Assembly (NCBI GenBank): GCA_965218795.1
Contig: OZ244653.1
Span: forward strand, 1,120,001 to 1,184,000
Origin: a bacterium
GTDB lineage: Bacteria > UBA8248 > JACPRG01 > G963555815
Direction: 5' to 3'
Length of the DNA: 64,000 nucleotides
In this document: one piece after another, positions 59,108 through 64,000 of the stretch
How positions within the stretch are numbered: the stretch's first letter is position 1
Layout: the number at the start of each line of letters is the position of its first letter
The notes under the pieces: model-generated
The model's database searches: none
Told to the model about the DNA's origin: nothing
The model's input: the letters and a program-made list of their open reading frames with translations, nothing else
Program-made: the position numbers and the translations under genes

Positions 59108-61906
59108 TTACCGCCTTGTCCTCCGCCGTTTCGGTTTGGCCTTCATCCCGGCTTCCAGGGGCGCGCGGATTTTCTCATAGAGCATGAACAGATGCTCCAC
59201 GCGCTCGCGGTCGGAGGCGAAGGGAGCGCGGCGGTAGAGACGGTCCACGGCGCGGTCGAGGGCCTGGTGGGCCTTGCGGAGATCGGGCGGCATGAGGTCG
59301 GGGTCGTACAGGTCGGCCAGCGTTGCGCCGGGATGGGCAGCGCGGGCATCAAGAACGGCCTGCGCGAGTGACTCCAGCTTCGACTTGTCCGTGTCCGTGT
59401 TCCCGAAACTGGGCGGCACCGGGAAGGTGTTATAGACGACGCCGACGGAATACATGTAGTCGCTCTTCATTCGTCCCGTTACCGCCCGCATCCAGGCCAT
59501 GTGCATCGCCGAGGTCAGCAGCGCGAAATCGGCGAGTGTCGCGTCGGGAAGGAGACGGAGTTTCTCGCTCGGAATCACCGGCGGCTCAAGCCAGCCGATA
59601 GGCACATAATCCCGCCGTTCGGAACTTACTTGCGGAATGATGAGAAATGCTGTTTCGGGAACCACGGTAACGCCATAAGCGGTTGGATATCCAGCGAGAC
59701 GTTTCGTCGTTTGACGTTTGCTCTTTGCGCGAAAATCCCGAACTGATTGGAGCCTTGCTCTGACCATCGGCAAATTACGGAGCCTTTGAGGTGAAATACC
59801 TGCTGTGTGAAGAATCCATCGCTCTTTGCCCCAAATGAACTCCCGGGAGCCGGGGAAGGGGCGGAAATATGGCGCAGCATCGGGTTCAGACTCAATAAAA
59901 GCGGCCTTCGAATCCGTCGAGAAAGTCAGATTTCCATCTTCAAGAGGCTGCGTTCCCGTTATGAGTTTCCCCATCCCATTGATCGGCCTGCCTTCCTCGC
60001 GCACGGTGAGGTGAGGGTCCGCCAATCGCCCGGCGTCGAACAGGTAGGGCAAGAGCGCGGCATGAAGCGTTTCCTCCGGCTGGCCGTTAATGTCGGGATA
60101 GCTGAACAGGCGCTTGTCCGACCGCGCATTCTTACGCCGGTCAAGACCGATGATCACGACGTGCACGTGGGCCACCCCGCGGGCGTCCGAACCCCAGGCG
60201 AAGGTGCGGTGGGCAAAGGCGATCTCCAGCCTGCAGCGGTCGAACAGGATCGGCCAGAGTTGAGCCACCTGCTCCCCCTGGGTGATGGAGTTGGTGGCGA
60301 CGAAGCCGATGCGGGCTTTGCTCGACCGGACGTACTCCCCCGCCTTGATGAACCACGCGGTCACGTAGTCCAGCGTGCCGCCGGTCCTGCCGAGCGTCGC
60401 GATCCGGCGCACCTGCAAGCGCTGCTCCGCTGTCTGGAACTTCGCGCCCACGAAGGGCGGATTGCCGAACACGAAGGAACAGTCTTCCGGCTTCAGCAGT
60501 TCCGTCCAGTCGGTCTCCAGCGCGTCCCCATGGACGATGTGCGGCGAAGTTCGCAAGGGAATCCGCGCATAGGTCTGGCCGAATTCAAGGCTGAGCCGGT
60601 TGTTCATGATGTGGTCCATCATCCACAGGGCGGTCTCGGAAATCCGGGCCGGAAACTCGCCGATCTCGATGCCGTAGAACTGATCCACGTCGATCACGGA
60701 CAGGGTTTCCGCCAGCACATCCAACTGACCGTGGGGATGGATTTCCTTCATCACCGCGATTTCAAGCTCGCGCAGCTCCCGGTAGGCGATGATCAGGAAG
60801 TTGCCGCACCCGCAGGCCGGGTCGAAGCAGGTCATCCTCCCCAGCTTTTCCTGAAACCTCCGAAGCTCGGCGACACGGCGGCTGTCCTTGCGGGCCTTGA
60901 GCGGCGCGAACTCCGACCGCAGGTCGTCGAGGAACAACGGCTCGATGACCTTGAGGATGTTCTTCTCGGTCGTGTAGTGGGCCCCCTGGGCCCGGCGTTC
61001 CTTCGGCTCCATGACCGACTGGAACAGCGAGCCGAAGATGGCCGGAGAGATGTTCGACCAGTCGAACCGGCAAACATCCAGCAGGGCCCCGCGCATGGAA
61101 GCGTCGAACGACGGGATGCGCAACGGCCCGTCGAACAGAGCGCCGTTGACGTAGGGGAACCGGGCGAGGTCCTCGTCGAGTGTCTTTTGGCGCTCCTCTT
61201 CCGGAGTGTCGAGAACCTGGAACAGTTCGGCCAACCGCGACCCGGTATCGGATCCATCTTCGGTGGTGCGGTTCTCAAGCAGGTCCAGGAAGATGTCGCG
61301 CGGCTCGAAGACGCCCGTGTCGTCGGCGAACAGGCAGAACACGATCCGCACCAGGAACCGCTCCAGGTCGTGGCCCCGGTAGCCCGCCTCGGCAAGGGCG
61401 TCGTGCAGCCTGCCCACGAGCTCGGACGCCGCGATGTTGACCGGGTCCTGATCCCGGAAGACGCGCTTCTGAACCCCCAGGATGAAGCCGAACGCTTCGA
61501 CATGACCGGGCAGGTCCGCGAGCGGGAAGGTTACGGCCTCGCGTTCATCGAGATCGTGAAGCTCGAAGGTCTGGAAGTCGCTCAGGAGAATGTAGCGGGG
61601 TCGGTCGTGCTCGGGAAGCGCGTCGAAATACGCCCCGGCCTGGTCGTAGGCGCGGTCTAGATCGCGCCCGGCGCTCTTCTGCTCGACGAGCAGGACGCCC
61701 GGCCAGAACAGGTCGATGTAGCCGTGGGTGTTGTCGAGCCGCTTGACGTGCTCTTCGTAGCGCGCGACGGTCCGCCGGAGGACGCCGAACACCTGGAAGA
61801 AGTCGTTGTAGAAGCTTTGCGTCTCGCCCTTCTCATAGGCCGCGTCCCGCCACTCCTCGGCGAAGGCGGCGGCCCGGGCGCGAATCTCATTCCACGACAG
61901 GCGCAT
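59108..61906 (-). CDS. MmeI-like type IIL restriction-modification enzyme (YeeA-like m6A methyltransferase fusion)
   Basis: N-terminal 'YIDLFWPG.LLVEQKS' nuclease-like motif, 'YVNG.LF', 'GAHYT', 'FDPACGCGNF', 'GNPPF', 'TNSITQGEQ', C-terminal TRD and 'TLADLYDP'. Confidence 0.93.
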   Translation of the reverse strand: MRLSWNEIRARAAAFAEEWRDAAYEKGETQSFYNDFFQVFGVLRRTVARYEEHVKRLDNTHGYIDLFWPGVLLVEQKSAGRDLDRAYDQAGAYFDALPEHDRPRYILLSDFQTFELHDLDEREAVTFPLADLPGHVEAFGFILGVQKRVFRDQDPVNIAASELVGRLHDALAEAGYRGHDLERFLVRIVFCLFADDTGVFEPRDIFLDLLENRTTEDGSDTGSRLAELFQVLDTPEEERQKTLDEDLARFPYVNGALFDGPLRIPSFDASMRGALLDVCRFDWSNISPAIFGSLFQSVMEPKERRAQGAHYTTEKNILKVIEPLFLDDLRSEFAPLKARKDSRRVAELRRFQEKLGRMTCFDPACGCGNFLIIAYRELRELEIAVMKEIHPHGQLDVLAETLSVIDVDQFYGIEIGEFPARISETALWMMDHIMNNRLSLEFGQTYARIPLRTSPHIVHGDALETDWTELLKPEDCSFVFGNPPFVGAKFQTAEQRLQVRRIATLGRTGGTLDYVTAWFIKAGEYVRSSKARIGFVATNSITQGEQVAQLWPILFDRCRLEIAFAHRTFAWGSDARGVAHVHVVIIGLDRRKNARSDKRLFSYPDINGQPEETLHAALLPYLFDAGRLADPHLTVREEGRPINGMGKLITGTQPLEDGNLTFSTDSKAAFIESEPDAAPYFRPFPGSREFIWGKERWILHTAGISPQRLRNLPMVRARLQSVRDFRAKSKRQTTKRLAGYPTAYGVTVVPETAFLIIPQVSSERRDYVPIGWLEPPVIPSEKLRLLPDATLADFALLTSAMHMAWMRAVTGRMKSDYMYSVGVVYNTFPVPPSFGNTDTDKSKLESLAQAVLDARAAHPGATLADLYDPDLMPPDLRKAHQALDRAVDRLYRRAPFASDRERVEHLFMLYEKIRAPLEAGMKAKPKRRRTRR

Positions 61907-62278
61907 TCAATCGGGTTCTTTTCTCATCGGGATTCTTTGGGCGGTCCTCGTCAGCTACCGGAATCATAACCGAAAGGGCTTCCCACGGCGAGGCGGGTCG
62001 TGGGCGGCGGGGCCGGGACGGCGTCGCCCACCCAAGGCGCGATTATGCGTGATGCGGGGAGTGTCGAGCACACGGACAAACCCCTGTCTCCCCCCCACGG
62101 CAAGTTCCGCGGGCTGGGCTTTTGTCTTGCCGACTCCCCCCCTCAAGGGGGAGTTGTGGATGGACAGGGGACGGGACAGCCTACGAATGTCCCTTGACCG
62201 GCGGGAACCGAATGTGTGAATATTGCGGCCGCCATACCCTGTCCTTTCCGCGGTGCGGCGGTTTACAGAAGACGGCGA

Positions 62279-63124
62279 ATGCCCTACCGGTCGAAGAGCG
62301 TTCCATTCGAGAAGGGTCCTTCCCCTCGGAAAGGACCGAGCGGGGCGATTTGCCTCTGGTTCGCGCCGTTCTGCGCCCTGATCCTGACGGGCTGCGGCGT
62401 TTCGCCGAACCAGGAAGCCTCGGGAGCGGTCAGCGCGCCGAGCGTCGTGCGCACGGACCCTCGGGAATCGCCCGCCGCCAGGGAGGCCGCGGTTCTGGCC
62501 GACCGGATCCTGCGAAGAGAAAACGACGACTTTCTGTTGGACGCGAGGCGGCGACGCAGGCTCTTTCGCGAGATCGAGCGGGTTCTGGCGAGGATTCGAG
62601 ACGCGTATCCAGCCATGGCGGAGATATCGGTACGGGAAGCTCATCGACCCGGGATGCTTCTTCTCGGTCTGGAGCCGGATTTGTTCGAGGTTGTTTTCCG
62701 TCTTTTTCACGATGCAAGGGGGTCCGCCGCGCCGCGCACCGGGCATGCGGAATTCGATGCCCTCAATGCAAAACTCGGTTTACGGGCCATACGGTCGTTT
62801 TCCTCCACCGGTGTCGTCGCCATGTACTTCGATGAGCGTGTGAACATCGACGCGGCGAGGAGGGCGTACCGGATGATGGAAGGCGTCAGGTACGCGGAGC
62901 CCGATGCACGGTTGGGCGATGGTTCCGATATCGAAGCCGCCAAGTCGCACGAGACCTGGCATGTCGTCGTCCGAAATGCCTGGGGGGACTGCCCGGCCGG
63001 CTGCCTGTACGAGGAGATGTCCTTCTTCACGGTCGAAAGCGACGGGGTCGAACGGATTGAACCCTCGCGGGCGAAGGACATGGCCCGATTCGCGGAGATC
63101 CTCGCGCGCAGAGGATGGCATTGA
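62279..63124 (+). CDS. Hypothetical lipoprotein with C-terminal WGDCPAGC motif
   Basis: Lipobox 'LTGC'; 'GVRYAEPD'; 'AWGDCPAGC'. Confidence 0.7.
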   Translation: MPYRSKSVPFEKGPSPRKGPSGAICLWFAPFCALILTGCGVSPNQEASGAVSAPSVVRTDPRESPAAREAAVLADRILRRENDDFLLDARRRRRLFREIERVLARIRDAYPAMAEISVREAHRPGMLLLGLEPDLFEVVFRLFHDARGSAAPRTGHAEFDALNAKLGLRAIRSFSSTGVVAMYFDERVNIDAARRAYRMMEGVRYAEPDARLGDGSDIEAAKSHETWHVVVRNAWGDCPAGCLYEEMSFFTVESDGVERIEPSRAKDMARFAEILARRGWH

Positions 63125-63453
63125 CCCCGGACGGCGGCGGGACATCTCCATCAACCCGGCCGGGTCGGCCGCAGCATGACTCGATACGGTAGTTGGGATT
63201 GCCGGGCCTTGTCCGGCAACTAAGGTGCTCCGCCGCGTCAAGCCGAACGGCCTCTCCCCCCATCGGAAAATCCGCAGGCTGCGCCCTTGATTTGCCGACT
63301 CCCCATCAAGAAAGTGGAAAAACCCCCCGGAAAAAGAGGGGGATTTACAGGGCAACACCCCCTGGGAAAAAGGGCGATTTTCCAGGCCATTGACAATTAT
63401 TTTTGTCTCGATTGCTAATTATTTTTGTTCGCCTACAGTGGTTTCCAGAAGAA

Positions 63454-63487
63454 AAGGGAGGGGAGGAGCAACCTCCCCCCTTCCCTT
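63454..63487 (-). terminator. Probable Rho-independent terminator
   Basis: aagggaggggagg/cctccccccttccctt imperfect stem with T-rich tail on minus strand, after the stop at 63495. Confidence 0.6.
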
Positions 63488-63494
63488 CAGTTTC

Positions 63495-64000
63495 CTAATT
63501 CGACCGCTTGGGGAACAGCTTGGGCAGGAAACGGTTCGTATAAATCTCGTCCAAAGGCACCTTCACCTTGACGCCGCCGAATTTCATCATCAGGTCCCTT
63601 GTCCGCTCCATTTTCTTGCGGCTCTGGTACCCGATGCCCTGCTTCATTGCCGTCGGTGTCAGGAGATGATCCATGACGGTGTCCCAAACAGCCAGAATGG
63701 CCTTGCGCGATGTGGTGGGATTGTATTCCCCCTGGATGAACAGGTCAGTCGCCTCTTCAGGGTGTTCGACGGCGTAGGCGACCCCCTTGTACATGGCATG
63801 AACGAACCGCCTCACTTCATCCGGTTTCCGGGCGATTCGGTCGTCCGTCGTCATAAACGCACTCGAATAAGGGTCCACGCCATAGTCGGCGTACAGGAGG
63901 ATGACCGGTTTCTTCCCAGCCATCCGAGACTTGTTGGTGAAGAGAGACTCCAGCGTATTGAAGGCCAAGGTCGAGTCGATCTTGCCGGAGATCACGCTGG
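63495..64000 (-). CDS. NMT1/THI5-type ABC substrate-binding protein, 5' truncated by window edge
   Basis: 'GKID', 'YADYGVDPY', 'P..VRRFV.A..KG', 'IYTNRF'. Confidence 0.85.
   Translation of the reverse strand, partial: SVISGKIDSTLAFNTLESLFTNKSRMAGKKPVILLYADYGVDPYSSAFMTTDDRIARKPDEVRRFVHAMYKGVAYAVEHPEEATDLFIQGEYNPTTSRKAILAVWDTVMDHLLTPTAMKQGIGYQSRKKMERTRDLMMKFGGVKVKVPLDEIYTNRFLPKLFPKRSN

Overview
This is a 64 kb window from a GC-rich bacterial chromosome, mostly metabolic and housekeeping genes. These include a carbohydrate ABC transporter, tRNA-fMet, ftsB-hemL-mtnP, menA, msrA, aminopeptidase M29, an OYE-type oxidoreductase, gltB and an RND efflux pair. A large catabolic neighbourhood for an unknown substrate spans about 14-36 kb. 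It holds an amidohydrolase with a Rieske ferredoxin, an orphan molybdo-hydroxylase large subunit, five Rid/YjgF domains including a single-chain triple-RidA, an MBL hydrolase, a cyclase, two Zn-ADHs and a DHPON-hydrolase-like enzyme. There are five accessory patches: (1) a decayed glycosyltransferase plus IS481 remnant next to tRNA-fMet; (2) a promoter-ParA-partner cassette between two fragments of a duplicated xdh gene; (3) a 6.5 kb segment bracketed by two copies of a highly structured ~330 bp non-coding element, carrying a ferritin-like gene, an unknown membrane protein, an XRE-ImmA/DUF4411 PIN pair and a 423 bp exact duplication; (4) a two-gene cargo flanked by inverted, internally deleted RAYT derivatives; (5) a solitary MmeI-like (type IIL) RM gene with an apparently swapped specificity segment. 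No CRISPR array, rRNA or intact transposase/integrase was seen. All family calls come from motif recognition by eye, not database searches.
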